Shown piece after piece: positions 24,104-36,958 of a DNA stretch of 64,000 nt. The position numbers and the translations under genes are program-made. The stretch is taken from NCBI GenBank assembly GCA_965644295.1, contig CBFFRP010000296.1:310001-374000 (forward strand). The letters are read 5' to 3'. The notes under the pieces were generated by a model that did no database searches, had not been told where the DNA came from, and saw only the letters and a list, made by a program, of their open reading frames with translations. Source of the DNA: Paraphysomonas bandaiensis (lineage: Eukaryota > Protista > Chrysophyceae). Positions within the stretch are counted from its first letter, which is position 1, and each line of letters starts with the position of its first letter.

Positions 24104-25609
24104 ATGAAACTCTCTCTGCTCCTCGTCCTCTCCATCCTCCCAATATCTCTGTCGTCCTCTATATCTCATATAGTGGTTCTTATGATGGAGAATCGTAGTT
24201 TTGATCATCTGTTGGGATGGATGAGAGCAGCGCTCCATATGAACACACACACACACACAGATGCAGACAGAGGCACAGGGTCTGACGTAGATGGACTGCA
24301 CTATAACATGACTGTACCGAGAGATCCTAATGACCCCTCTAAAGGAGAGGTTCCGGTCACTCGCAATGGGTATGATGTGTCTCCCGACGACCCGAAGCAC
24401 TCGTTTGATTCGATAGCCACTCAGATTAATGATAATAATATGGACGGATTCGTATTATCTTCGATTCAATATGATTTAAACGAGACTAATCCTGTGTCTA
24501 TGTTTGATCCTATATCGGCGCCTATCATCAACACTCTGGCTAAGGAGTATGCTGTGTTCGATAAATGGTTCTGTAGTGTTCCCACTTCTACGGACCCTAA
24601 CCGTGCCTTTGCTATGTCGGGTACATCCAGAGGAGTTATCACTAACTTTAACGGTACTCTATGGGATCAGCAATCCTACTTTGATTATTTAAGGAAGCAT
24701 GGTCGTAGCTTTGCAGGATATTACCAGGATGATCTCTGGGCTCTTGGTTACTTTGAGGACATGCTTACGCCGGAGAATAGCAAGTTTGTGTACGAACTCG
24801 AGCCGAACTTTTATGACCATGTAGCAGAGGGTGTCTTGGCAGATTTTGTGTGGCTTCAACCGCGTATGAACGCTTATGACGGCAAGCTGCCGACTTGGCA
24901 ACACCCAGATGCGTCAGTGCGAGAGGGAGAGCGCCTAATCAAGGAAGTGTATGAGGCTTTGCGTGCGGGTCCAAAATGGAACGAAACTCTACTGTTGATT
25001 ACGTATGATGAGCACGGAGGATTTTACGACCATGTCCCGCCTCCTAATGAGGGAATTCCTAGCCCTGATGGGATTCCAGCTTCGAATGGATTTGAGTTCG
25101 ACCAGTTAGGCGTTCGCGTCCCGACCCTAGCGATTTCACCTTTGATTTCTGCGGGTACAGTTGTTTCCTCTTCACTACCTGGAGAGCAACCAACTTCAAC
25201 TTCTGCCTTTGATTCAACATCTATTCTCTCCACCGCTAATATCCTCTTCGGTTTAGATGATGCTGAGCCTTTGTCTGATCGCATGGCTTGGGCAAACACT
25301 TTCGCTGGGCTAGTGTCAGGCGACAAGGCACCCCGCACAGACTGTCCAGAGACGCTCCCAGAAGTACCACCACCGGTGCCTGGGGCATACAAAGAGCAGA
25401 GACAACGTCCTATAAATGACCACCTTGAGGCTCAAATTCTCTACTATTGCGTGATGAATTATCCCGGGCTTCATTCCGAGGGCAAATGTCCTGGAACAAC
25501 ATCACATTTCCGAAACCAAGGAGATGCCAGTGACTGGATCATGAAAGAGTCAAGAAAGTTTCGGGAAAAACTACGTGGTGCTGAGAAAAGCGATGTTGGG
25601 AGTAAGTGA
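24104..25609 (+). CDS. Secreted non-specific phospholipase C (phosphoesterase family)
   Basis: Signal peptide MKLSLLLVLSILP, 'HIVVLMMENRSFDHLLG', 'FDKWFCSVPTSTDPNR', 'TYDEHGGFYDHVPPP', 'LGVRVP'. Intronless. Confidence 0.93.
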   Translation: MKLSLLLVLSILPISLSSSISHIVVLMMENRSFDHLLGWMRAALHMNTHTHTDADRGTGSDVDGLHYNMTVPRDPNDPSKGEVPVTRNGYDVSPDDPKHSFDSIATQINDNNMDGFVLSSIQYDLNETNPVSMFDPISAPIINTLAKEYAVFDKWFCSVPTSTDPNRAFAMSGTSRGVITNFNGTLWDQQSYFDYLRKHGRSFAGYYQDDLWALGYFEDMLTPENSKFVYELEPNFYDHVAEGVLADFVWLQPRMNAYDGKLPTWQHPDASVREGERLIKEVYEALRAGPKWNETLLLITYDEHGGFYDHVPPPNEGIPSPDGIPASNGFEFDQLGVRVPTLAISPLISAGTVVSSSLPGEQPTSTSAFDSTSILSTANILFGLDDAEPLSDRMAWANTFAGLVSGDKAPRTDCPETLPEVPPPVPGAYKEQRQRPINDHLEAQILYYCVMNYPGLHSEGKCPGTTSHFRNQGDASDWIMKESRKFREKLRGAEKSDVGSK

Positions 25610-27877
25610 GTTTTGTGTTTTTTTAAATCTGCGATTCGGGTGAGTCTTCGTATGCTGATATGTACTGTGAATAAGTAAATTACTGTTGGCTATCAAAATG
25701 TTACATTTTTAAACAGTGAATATTTCAGCAATTGATTTTTCTAATTTCAGCTGGTTTGAGCACTAAAAATGGATTTTTGTGAATGCGTTTAGCTGCTTAG
25801 TGATGAAACTACTACACAGCAATGTATCTTGAAATAGTAGTGATGGCTCGGCTAGAAAATAGCTCTGATAGGATGCTACTTTATACAGTAGTATTATTGC
25901 AGTATATTGTGTTAGAATTGGGCATTAATTATAACCTTCTAACCTATTGAAATTATTAATGTATGCATTTCACAACATATTCATGTAACATCTGGTGAGC
26001 ATCCGTTCGATTTCTGGAGAACTTGTGTGAGCAGTGAGTGCACAACCAGAACATGTACAACTGGTTTATAGGTTTCACAGATAAAGCATACTACAACTTC
26101 GATTGATTCGTTGTGTTTGACATATTGCTTAGACTTGTGTTAAATTTTGACATCTTATCAAAAAGTAATAGACTGCATAGATCATAGATTGCATGATGCT
26201 GAAAAGAAAATTTGTGTAAACTATGTTCATTATATATTTGTCCTTGTAAATACAGCAACTACATTATTATACTACTTAACGGAAACATTGTTGTTGAATG
26301 AACCTCAAAATGACACTTTTCTATATATATGCTGGTGTGTCCAGTTGTACTTTTGATGATTAATGCCGCTTATCATTTATTATCATTCGCCAAAAAATGC
26401 ATGTTATCTCAACAACCACTTATTTTCATACAACCTTATAGATAATATATAGCCACGATTATGTATATGGCCAATATATTTCAGTTCCACATCTATAATT
26501 ACTATATCACAATACTTTGACTACTACTATATTCTTCGAGTAACGGTCATAATTCAAATAATACCGTTTAGTAGAACAACTACAGCTTTTATACGAACAG
26601 CAAAAGTTTACACTCCCTCAATTCAAAGCTGCAGAAATAAACTCTTCTATCACGCAAGCACCAAAAACTAACTAAAGGACAAACTGGTGGACATATGACT
26701 CCGACGTTTCAGCTAGTCTCAGCAATTGCAACATATTTTTGATCTTCTTCGCCATTTATAAGAATTATCCTTTTGTTCATAAACCACCACAAATGACTCT
26801 TGTGTGTTTTGACCCTCCTAGACTCTTGTGTGTTTCTCACAATTTCTCAACATACACACCAGACTGCTGGCCATATTCCAGTGCCCCGAGCCGTGTTTTA
26901 TGCTTCGTGATGGAGTTACTCTTGGTATAGTTTTGTTTGTAGCCATAGCGAGACTTGAGAGGTCGAGCTCCTAGTAGTGTTTCAAATACCTAAAACACAT
27001 CACATTGAAGCAGCGCATTTCGTTTTATGCGTCGAGCCTCCTTTTATTTGTCTGCCTCACTACTCTGAACTCTGAAGAGACTCTTTATAAGTCTTGGACT
27101 CTTATATCGTCAGATGGGTCAGTAATCAATGAATTATCACTTGTCTGACATATGTGAGCATCATCTTCCCACATATGAAGTTTATCCCATCACCCAGAGC
27201 CCAGAGTGGACACGTTGGTCACAACGCTTAGGGTACACAACCTCTTGTTGTTAGTCTCTCTTGTCACCGCAGTGATAACACTGGGGGAAACTAGCGCTAG
27301 ACTCAGCACCAACGCTTCTCTCAGGAAAGACACCAGGGGTCATTCTCCCCTATATGAAGCATCTGCTGTAAGCTGCTGTTCGGGTGTCCCACCCCCACAT
27401 GGTGTCAATCGATCTTCTTCACCTGACATATCATCATGGGGATAAGTAGCTTGCACGGAATAGATGAAAATAACTGTATAGAACTAGTTGTATTAACTAC
27501 TACACTTCCACACACGTGATATGCAATAATCATCCTCTGTACTTAGCTCTATTGCATTATTACACAAGTACGACAAAATACCAATAAGTTTTCCAAGACA
27601 AATACGATGCAAATTTTATCCTACAACTTAATTCTGATTATTTATATATTTTAAATATTGAGAAAACTACGAAGTTAGCTTTAGATAGCACGTATTATAG
27701 TGTGGGGTAACATATGATGACATAAATTACTACATCCTAGCAGATATCTATCTACTAAAATGCACAACTAACACAAATCAGAAAAAAAACACAAGACACA
27801 TATCTTATATCCACATATATGATAAGCACACACACCTATATATCGCAGTTTTTCACTGGACAATAATTTAACCCGTG

Positions 27878-30800
27878 CTATATATCTGAATGACTGCTCG
27901 AATCCTCCATATCTAGCACGGGATGACAGGGATTCATACCATATAGTTTAAACAGCTCCAGGCTTCTGGACTTACATATATCTACTTCATTTGGGTCTAA
28001 CCCAAAATGCTCACAATAATGTACTCGTTCTAGATGCCAGAACGCAAGACCAAGGGAAAATTGATTGAATCGTTGAGTCACATGATTATTGGTGATAGGG
28101 TAACAGGGCACAATATTCCTATCAGAGCGATTCCTCTTTCCCTGAACAACGGCCTTCATCATTACTAGTGCCTCGTAAAGTGGAAGAAGACAAGGAATGG
28201 AAGAGATAGAATGACGCATTGCAGCGATAACTTTTTCCGCGCATTTTCTTAGTCTATGTAGCACTCCTCCGCCTCGTCGACATGATATCACAAAATCAAA
28301 TTTCGAAATTATGGTGAAGATACTGTATCCAGACAAAAACAGTCCCATCAACCCAATAGGCGTTAATTGTGGTACAAAAGAAAGGATATTTCCCGCAAGT
28401 AGGACTGATTCAAAGCACCGGTCTCGAACGTCTGAGTCGAGTCCAAGAAAATCTTTTCGGCATACACTGATAAATCCCTTCAGCGCTTCGGTGTGCACTC
28501 TGCCACTCCTTCCTTGCTGGGTCTCGTCCAAGGACTTTATGTGCTTCTTAGCCTGTTTGAAATCACCTCTAAGAATACAAATTATGGACAATACCCAGAG
28601 AGACCATACAACCACCCTGTTACATTCGCGATATCGACGATCGAGGTTGCGCGACACATCCTCCGCTTTCGTCACACGACCAAGTGCCAAATAACTCCAG
28701 ACAGTGGTATTCCATACTAAGAACTTCAATATCCCGTGGTCCTTCTTTACTGCATGAGGGGATAAAGCGGCAGCAAGCGAGACTAGCGCCAGTTTAAAGT
28801 CTCCCCGTGCTGCTTGATATATTCCAATACTAAGTTGGTAACTACCATACCCCAACTGACCCATGTGACTAACATTCACATCTTTTTCGGCTAATAAAAG
28901 GGAACTTATTTTTCTCTTCTTCCCTTGTAGCACATAGATTATCAACATCATTGCTTTGACAACGATTAATGCATTGTAATCAGATGTCGAAAGCAGAGCT
29001 AAACTCATAGAGACCATTTTCTCTGCCTGATTCATATGACCTCTCATTACACTTGTGATAGATTGGCAATATAACATGCTACTCAATGCAGACCGCTCTC
29101 CACTGTCTAACATTCTCGTTGCCAATAAGAAATGTGTCTTTCCAAGAGATATATCAAGTTTATAGCAATGGAGGGCAAGAACCGACAAATTATGACTATC
29201 TCGAAATGCATGCATCCTATAAATCACAAAAACCATTTAGAATATTGAACAGCAAATGTACGCAATATGTAATTATATAGCATGCATCAATGCCTAAATC
29301 GGCTAGGGTAAACACACGGCACTGTTGACACTTACTTATGCATCAACACACTCATCTGAGTTATGATGTGGCACATTTTTGCGTTAGTTATGCAACTAAC
29401 ACAAGAAGATAGACGACCCTTGAGATGACTGGGAAGTATATACCGCACAGTTCCCACAAAATCTTGGCATGGAGATACTCTTCTTGAAGGCTGCCCAAAC
29501 GGATTCACATTGGCGTTCACAAAAAAATCCCGAATAACGTGCTCAACTATTCTGCCCCCAGACGCGAGAGCAAACAAGTGGTGATAATAGTTGTAGGCAG
29601 TAGATAGCAGGCCTTCCTTTTCAGTACTTCTTGCCGCCAGTTCAGTGTAGTAGACTTCCTTTGTTACAACATTCGCTCGGGAATAATGGAATGCCAAAAC
29701 TTCAATAGCAGCGAGATCACAATCATGAGCATCGTCACAATTATCAGCAAGCAATGAAGCAACTATCGAATGTGCAACTTGTCGTTGGTTCTCAAGCATA
29801 ATTCCATAAACTATACCAGCGCATTTCTTGTCAACAAAAGAATACGTCTTATTGCCACTGTCTTTCAGTGAAATGCGATTGCGAAGACTTGATATTCGAA
29901 ACATACCATCTAATAATAATATTCTTAGAATATAGAGCAGTATACTTTTCAACATTAGTACCTTTGTAGTAATCGGCACCAGCCACACGTTGGATAAGAC
30001 CACGACCTTCTATGTCAGCCAGAGCTTGGTCAAGCCTGTTAGCAGAGTCACAATAACCCATCCGCACAAGTGTTCGCTGCAGCAGGTTTCGTGTAAAAAA
30101 AGTACCACATACAGAAGCTAGTTTGAGCACAATCTGATTATCGAAACACATGTTATCCAAATGTTCGAGAGTAATACTATCAGAATTGTCTGAAAGGGAA
30201 GTACCACCGGCATCGAAGTTCATTTTTGCAACTGAAGACTCTAATTCCTTTGCATACTTTACCACAAGGCCTGCGACTCCTTCGTTACTCTTGTGAAATA
30301 TTCCAGTAACTGAGGCATCCGAGAGTGCATTTGGCATACAAGCGAGCAGCACAGGACCAAGGGTATTTTGTACAACATCTCGAACATCGGACTTTGTCAG
30401 AGGTTTAAGAGTTATAGTATCAGAGAATTTACTGACATCCTCAACTGAGTTAAGTACTACCCCACCTTCAAAAGATTCTGCCCGCATATACATTGATCTC
30501 TTATCCGGTATAATAGCGGGACGAATAGTACCAATAATAAAGGACGTGGTACAAGATTCTGCCAGACGCTTGATAATCTTAAAAGACGGTTTGTCTGCCC
30601 ACTGGAGCTCTTCCAACACCATTACACATAGTGGTGATCTTGCGGTGTATGCACACATTATCGTAACCACTATACACTCGATGAGATCTTGCACTTCATT
30701 AGTCGAAAAATTATTCATCGCATCAATGTTGGGGCGGGATTCAATATCCAAGACGATTTGAAGTAGAGGGAGTACTTCTAGAATTCGAAAATGAGTGTTT

Positions 30801-33277
30801 GCCCCAGTGCTTGCAGAAACACTTTGAAAGCTTTCAGATTTGCAAAGAAAACGCCTGACAGATACAGTTTCACTTGACCGTACCTGAATATTATCTTCAC
30901 TTTCTATCGATTCCAAACACCCCTCACCTCTTGCGCCGCTGCTTTCTACTAACACATCACTCATATGCTCTGTGACCCAGGCGAGAATAGTGTCATATAA
31001 ATGCTCATATCGCTGCTCCTCAGCGACGACATCCTGGGGTCGTTCTACACACGAGCTCGATACATATCTTTTATGGAAGCTTCTTCTGAGTGTGGGCTTG
31101 GTATAGTCAAATATTGCTCTCAGCAGCTGTCTGCACACTTCATACGGCTCTAAAACATTTGCAAGATGGCATGTAACACAGATATGTGCTGGAATCACAA
31201 GATCATTTCTGTCGACAAATTCAGTGACCAATCTCGTTTTCCCAGAACCTTCACACCCCACTACGACATAGCTATTGTGCAGCGAAGTTATAGAAGTTTG
31301 CCACATTTCCTTGCCACTATTTTCAAATGCACTGATGAAATCTGTAAATGCTCGCTGAAGAATGGACATCTCACTGTCTCTCCCCACAAAGCATCCTCTT
31401 CTTCCCACGCTCAACACATTCACAACTTCGTCTACAGATATTTCTGCATAGGGATTCTTTCTTGTGTGTTCCAAAGAATATACCTGTACGGGGGTATCAT
31501 ATCCTTTAGCTACAACCTTAGGGAGTTTTGTGAACACAAAATCACAATTACTATTCAAGTAAACATGACTGCTCACTATTATCTGTTGGTTGCAACATAG
31601 GCCCATTAGCCTGGCAGCTAGGTTCACACTAGATCCCATCATACAATACTCCTTCCGACTGAAACTTCCGACATATCCACAGTACACCATACCTCTGGAG
31701 ATTCCGATACGGCATGATATGTCGCAACTGGTGAGTTTCTCACGTATCAGAATCGCAGCGTAAACTGCTCTTAGATCATCAGACAAGGAGCTGAAACCTG
31801 GAACACCAAATGAGCATATCACCACACAGCCTTTATCATCAACTACATATTGTCTTAATGCCCCACCCAGCTTTTGCATCACCTCTAATATTTCTATGAT
31901 AGCCTGTTGGGGTCTTTGCACCTCCCCTTTATCAAACTCATCATCAAGGTTCACTATTTGAATAAAAAGGGTCACAACCACTCTCAATTCAGCCAAGTGA
32001 TTAGAAGTATTGTGAGCAATAGCGCCCCGAGCCGATTCATGAACAAACCGTTCAAGTACGCGTTGATATTCCGCTGCATGCGAGGGATACCGCTTAGCCA
32101 GATGTCGGACACTATGTTTAACCTCGGTATAATCATCCAGAAATTGGAATGTCTTCGATAAATGAACCTCACCAGAGTTATCCCGCTGTTTACCAGCCAT
32201 GTACACAGGTGAAGCACTTTGGCGGAAGATCAGAGATTTGGCTGTTGATAGTATCGATTTTTCGACTTCCTTTTCCGATGGTACCATTTCTATGTCAAAG
32301 CTTCGGAGCCGTTGGCGTTTCTGGGGACTCTCCCCTGATGAATCGTCTGGAGTGTTTACCAAATAGCTGGCTGCAGTTGCCAGTGAAAACCGCCTTTTCT
32401 TGTTATATGAATCTACCATGCATGTGTCTTTTAATGCTATCACAGTGACGGTATTATTTGGTGAAACAATAGCAGAGCAGACATGCTTGATATATTCATA
32501 GGCTGCCATGGAGATGCACAACTTTCCTATTTCGGCATCAGCGGCGGATTGAGAAAGATCCCTCAGCTGTCTTCCAGCAATCAATGCTTCCATGCGATTT
32601 TCATCACCCAAGCACATGCAATACAATTCGCCAGCGCTGAGACCACAATGAAGTCGTAGTGAGACAGTCCGTCCCCCTAATGTCTCCTCGTAGTGTCCAC
32701 ACGTTTCGAGAACATCTAATACACACCTTGTGGCGCGAAACACAGTATTCTGCTTAGCAGCACTGTCGGAATTAACAGGTGTGGTCCAAATGACGAGCAC
32801 AGCATCCCCACAAAACTTTACAACATCACCCCCATGCTCTCGGAATTTTCCGAGTAAATCGGTGAAAAAATGACTGTAATTACAACACACTTTAATAAAA
32901 AGTTCAAAGAACTTCACTTTAACTTACTTAATGTGATACTTTAGCTCTTCAACACAAAGAGAAGATGCCAGTTTAGTAAACCCAGATATATCAGCCAGGA
33001 CAACTGTGCCAAACACAAGCTCCGACCAGGGACCATCCTGCATTTCTTTGGACATTTGCCTGCGAGAAAGACATAAGTGATACGCGTATAAAACAACACT
33101 AGAGGAGGGTAGATACAATATGGAAGGGTGTAGTGAATGGCCTTACCCCTTCTGCAGTAGAATTCTCTGAAAAGTCACTGGGGATAGGGAGCGATACTCG
33201 ACGATAATCGGAGCTGCATCAGAAGAGGAAACATCGGAGTTCGAGTGGGATGGCATTATTTTAGCAGCAGTATTCAT
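27878..33277 (-). CDS. Soluble adenylyl cyclase-like (ADCY10/sAC-type) protein: two class III cyclase domains, P-loop STAND ATPase, helical/TPR-like C-terminus
   Basis: 'LADISGFT', 'KFCGDAV', 'LHCGLSAG', 'DDKG', 'MGSSVNLAARLM', Walker A 'GCEGSGKT', Walker B-like 'VLEELQWAD', 'LAFHYSRA'. Confidence 0.88.
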
Positions 33278-33929
33278 GCTTATATGTGATTACAGCAAGT
33301 ACAGACACTAACAGAAGAGGAACTTTAACTCGCTGGAGTTTTACAAAGTCGTTGGGGTGAGATTTCCACTAGAATCGAAGCCCACCTGGAGGACATTGGA
33401 GTTGTTTATTGGGAGGAATAGGATATAGATATAAGTTGAGCTTATTTTAAAATAATGAGATTCTGAGTAGACCCCGCTCACCGCTCATACATATACACAT
33501 ACGCAGTATCTCACATCAGATTCGTATTCTCATGAAGTGAATTTTCATACACACTTCCACTTCCACTTCCACTTCCAAATGCACGTTCGTGTTGCTATGA
33601 TTGTATGTGGGATTTTTTTGTGGGATTTTGAACTATTTTCAACGTCTATATCACTGTAGTCCAAATACATTGTATTCATATTTATATCTGCCAATGTATT
33701 TCAGTGTATTGTTTGTAGTTTGTATGAGCGACGGACTCTTATGCAGGACCAACAAGAGAGTCGTTGAAGAACAGCAACATATTTGAGGGATATCGCGCAT
33801 ATATTACTTAGTGATACTAGTTCCTGTTTAGCTAATGAAGCACTTGCGGACTGCAACCTGCACTCTAATTATCAATACTTCAAAGCACATTTGAACCTTG
33901 TATTTCAGATATTTCGTTTTGATGTCGTT

Positions 33930-34310
33930 TGCACTTAGAATCGTTGATGATGATATAATAATTGCGTCTTAGGACTCAAGTTTATTTTACAAGTGAACGA
34001 AAATTCTTGTTCTATGTTTGAGATGTCGGACTTGGGGAGTATCAGGATCATGCGTACGAACTAGCCCCCTCCGACTTATTATTCAGGGATAGTCAGCGTG
34101 AAATAGACTTACAAGAAACACATCGATGTAAAGTACTACTGGGTTCGGGTGAGAACGTAGCAGGTAATACGACTAGTTCATGTATCCAAAGGTGATATAA
34201 TTGTATATTTATTCACCAAGGCACTATCAACGAAGTACCTATTGCATGAGAGGTATGAGATAGAAAATAATGAGGACATGATCTTATGAGAAGGAATTTA
34301 GTGGGTGTGT
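33930..34310 (+). mobile_element. Old Ty1/Copia remnant (RT end and RNase H)
   Basis: Decayed 'FEMSDLG', 'KHIDVKYYWVR', 'LVHVS', 'FTKALSTK' and a PPT-like agtgggtg. Confidence 0.7.
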
Positions 34311-34933
34311 TTTAAAGTTCCGTATCGTCATTACGTCATTACTACCAATCAGTATTATCAGATTTTAGAGAGCCATGTTCTTTGATCTTATACAGTATCA
34401 TTATTTCATGTGATACTGTTTACTACAGCTGTATTCTTCAAGTAGCGTTCATAATAATACCTTAAAATACAGCCTCTTTTTAAAGTGCTTACAAAAATTC
34501 TGTAAGTTCGCAAGACTTTGACTTCTCTTCGTCTCTTCGTATGCTAGTGATATGAGCACAAGTCAATGTCACTTCACTCTTCACTTCTTCTATACACAGT
34601 TTTCAACCTCTTAAATTACTATCCACACACGTATAATTTAAATATTAAATATATCTTCCATTACTGAAATTAATAATACAGGGTAGTATTAAACACGACT
34701 AGGAACGAAACATTGCTTCGCTGAGTCGGTTACAGAAACAAGAAGTATCACGCTTCATTCGTAGAACTTAACACCATAGACCAAAAATAGTCTTCATTAA
34801 TTTAATGAAAGCGCAAAGAAGAAAACACAACTCTACAATGAACAAGGGCAAAGAACTTTGTTCTGTGGTTACAGCTGAGATTCTTTACTTTGATCTTTTG
34901 TAGACTTTGTTCAGTGGTTACAACTGAATTTCT

Positions 34934-36586
34934 TTACTTTGATCTTTTGTAGATCTTGTTGAGAAGGTACTCAAACACAGGGTTGGGAAGCTCTGGAACC
35001 TCAGCAATAAGTTTCTTGATAAGCTGGAAGGACTCCTCTTCGTATCGCTGAAACTCCTTCTCCAAGTCGAGCTCACGGTACAAAGCCTTTACTCTCTCAA
35101 TTTTCTCGGGGCCGTGCTGGCCATAGTTGTCAACGAGCACCTGCTTCTGTTTCTTGTTGACTTTCTTGAGAGCAGTAACCACCAACCAAGAGCACTTGTT
35201 ATCTTGGATATCGGTACCAATCTTACCGATCACCTCAGGCTTACCGTAGCAGTCCAGGTAATCGTCCTGGATTTGGAAGTACTCACCCATTGTCACAAGA
35301 ATTGCCCTAGCTTGGTCATATTGCTTGCTTGAGTTAATACCTGCAGAGATCATACCCGCAGCCACCGGCAGGTAGAAACTGTAGAATGCTGTCTTGTACT
35401 TGACAATGGAGGTGTACCTCTCCATAGTGAAGCGAGAGAGATCTATTTTGCCGTCCAATGGCTGAGAGGTGAGGTCTAGAAGCTGTCCCAGCTCCGTCTG
35501 TCTAGTAGTTTCAAGGAATAAGTCCACCAATTGAGGGTAGTAGTCTTCTTCTGCGAAGTATCGCTTCAAAATCATATACACGCAAGACTCAAGAATAAAG
35601 CTATCGTTGATGGCGATGAGTTTCACATCCGGGCGGCGGAACCAACATGGCTGCCCGCGGCGGGTAACAGAGTCATCCATTACATCATCGGCCACCAAGA
35701 AAAATGCCTGAAGAAATTCAATGCACCATCCAAGAGCGGCAGCACGCACGCGATCCTATAGATATATATGCTGATGAGATTAAGAATCACTTATATACGA
35801 CGATTCACCTTAATCGTGAGTTCTTTCCCTTTCCATTTGGCGAGGGTATCAATCACTGACACGGTGGCCATGCCTCGGTTCATTTTTCCGCCCGCCACAG
35901 TGTAATCAATCATATCACGGCACCACTTGACGGCCTCCGGTGGCATATTATAAGTAAGTTCGATATCTGATATGATCTCATCAGTAAATCTGTTAACACA
36001 AAATATAAGGTCAAATCGATCAAACAAAGCACAATATGCTCTAACCGCTGAAACATGCCCTCAAAAAATTCTTTTTCGTTGGAGGGAAGAGAGGTGGGGT
36101 AGGGGAGCTCCAGGGCGAGAGGATCGGTAGCAGGTGTGCTGAGGATATGCTTCGTGTGCTCTTTCTCAGGAACCCCAATGGTGACGTTGCTCACATAGAG
36201 TGCACCACCGAAATATGATGCACCGATGACGAACAATGCCAAAAAGTACTTATACTCGAAAGATAGTTTGTGGTATTTGTTCCAGAAATCGAGTTCAGTC
36301 TGCCCGGAGAGACTGTGCATCTGATAGGCGGCATAGCCACAGAGAGGACCTAACACACACCACTGCATCAGCAGCTTCCCACGACCCTTCATAGAATTGG
36401 AGAGCATGATGATAAATGCACTTGTAGCCATTGCACCGAGGAACGGTCCAATCATCGTATATATGACATCCCATCTGCACGACATACAATCCATTAGCCC
36501 CTTACGCAAACAAAAGAAGCAACACTGAAATAATAATCCTACCTGGGGTCATCAGTCCCCATCAATAGTGAACTAAGAGAAGACAT
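34934..36586 (-). CDS. FDPS: Farnesyl diphosphate synthase with ~150-aa hydrophobic N-terminal extension, 4 exons
   Basis: 'GGKMNRG', FARM 'FFLVADDVMDDSVTRRG', 'GQLLDL', 'YKTAFYSF', SARM 'FQIQDDYLD', 'KIGTDIQDNKCSW', C-terminal 'KIYKRSK'. Confidence 0.93.
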
Positions 36587-36958
36587 GTCAAAATTTCCTA
36601 CTGCGATCTCTTTGTGCAGATGAGGTTTGAGTGCATAGGAATATTATTATTGTAGGGGTCATGTAGGCTTGGTACAGTATGCTATGCTTTCAATGGACCA
36701 AATCGAACTATAGTATCATACGGTATACATACTGTATTTCTGATATCAATTTAATTTGTACATGCCGTTTATCCCAACAATCCAACTGCTGGCTCTGGTT
36801 GTGTGGTGCGAGTAGAGTACAGCCAGAGGAATATGGATATATGTGTGCATCTATCATCTATGTGGAGCATGTACATGGCAGTCTCCTGTCCATATCAACT
36901 TCATTAATTAATTTTAAACCTGAAATTAAGGAGTTGTTGTTTACTCTGATATTCTAAA

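Noticed and set aside
26650-27450. Possible gene on either strand
   Set aside because: Coding-like composition but many stops and no recognisable motif; perhaps a decayed pseudogene or TE that I cannot assign.
33552-33577. (CACTTC)4 as a telomere-like repeat
   Set aside because: Short, internal, and not a known telomeric unit; treated as a simple repeat.
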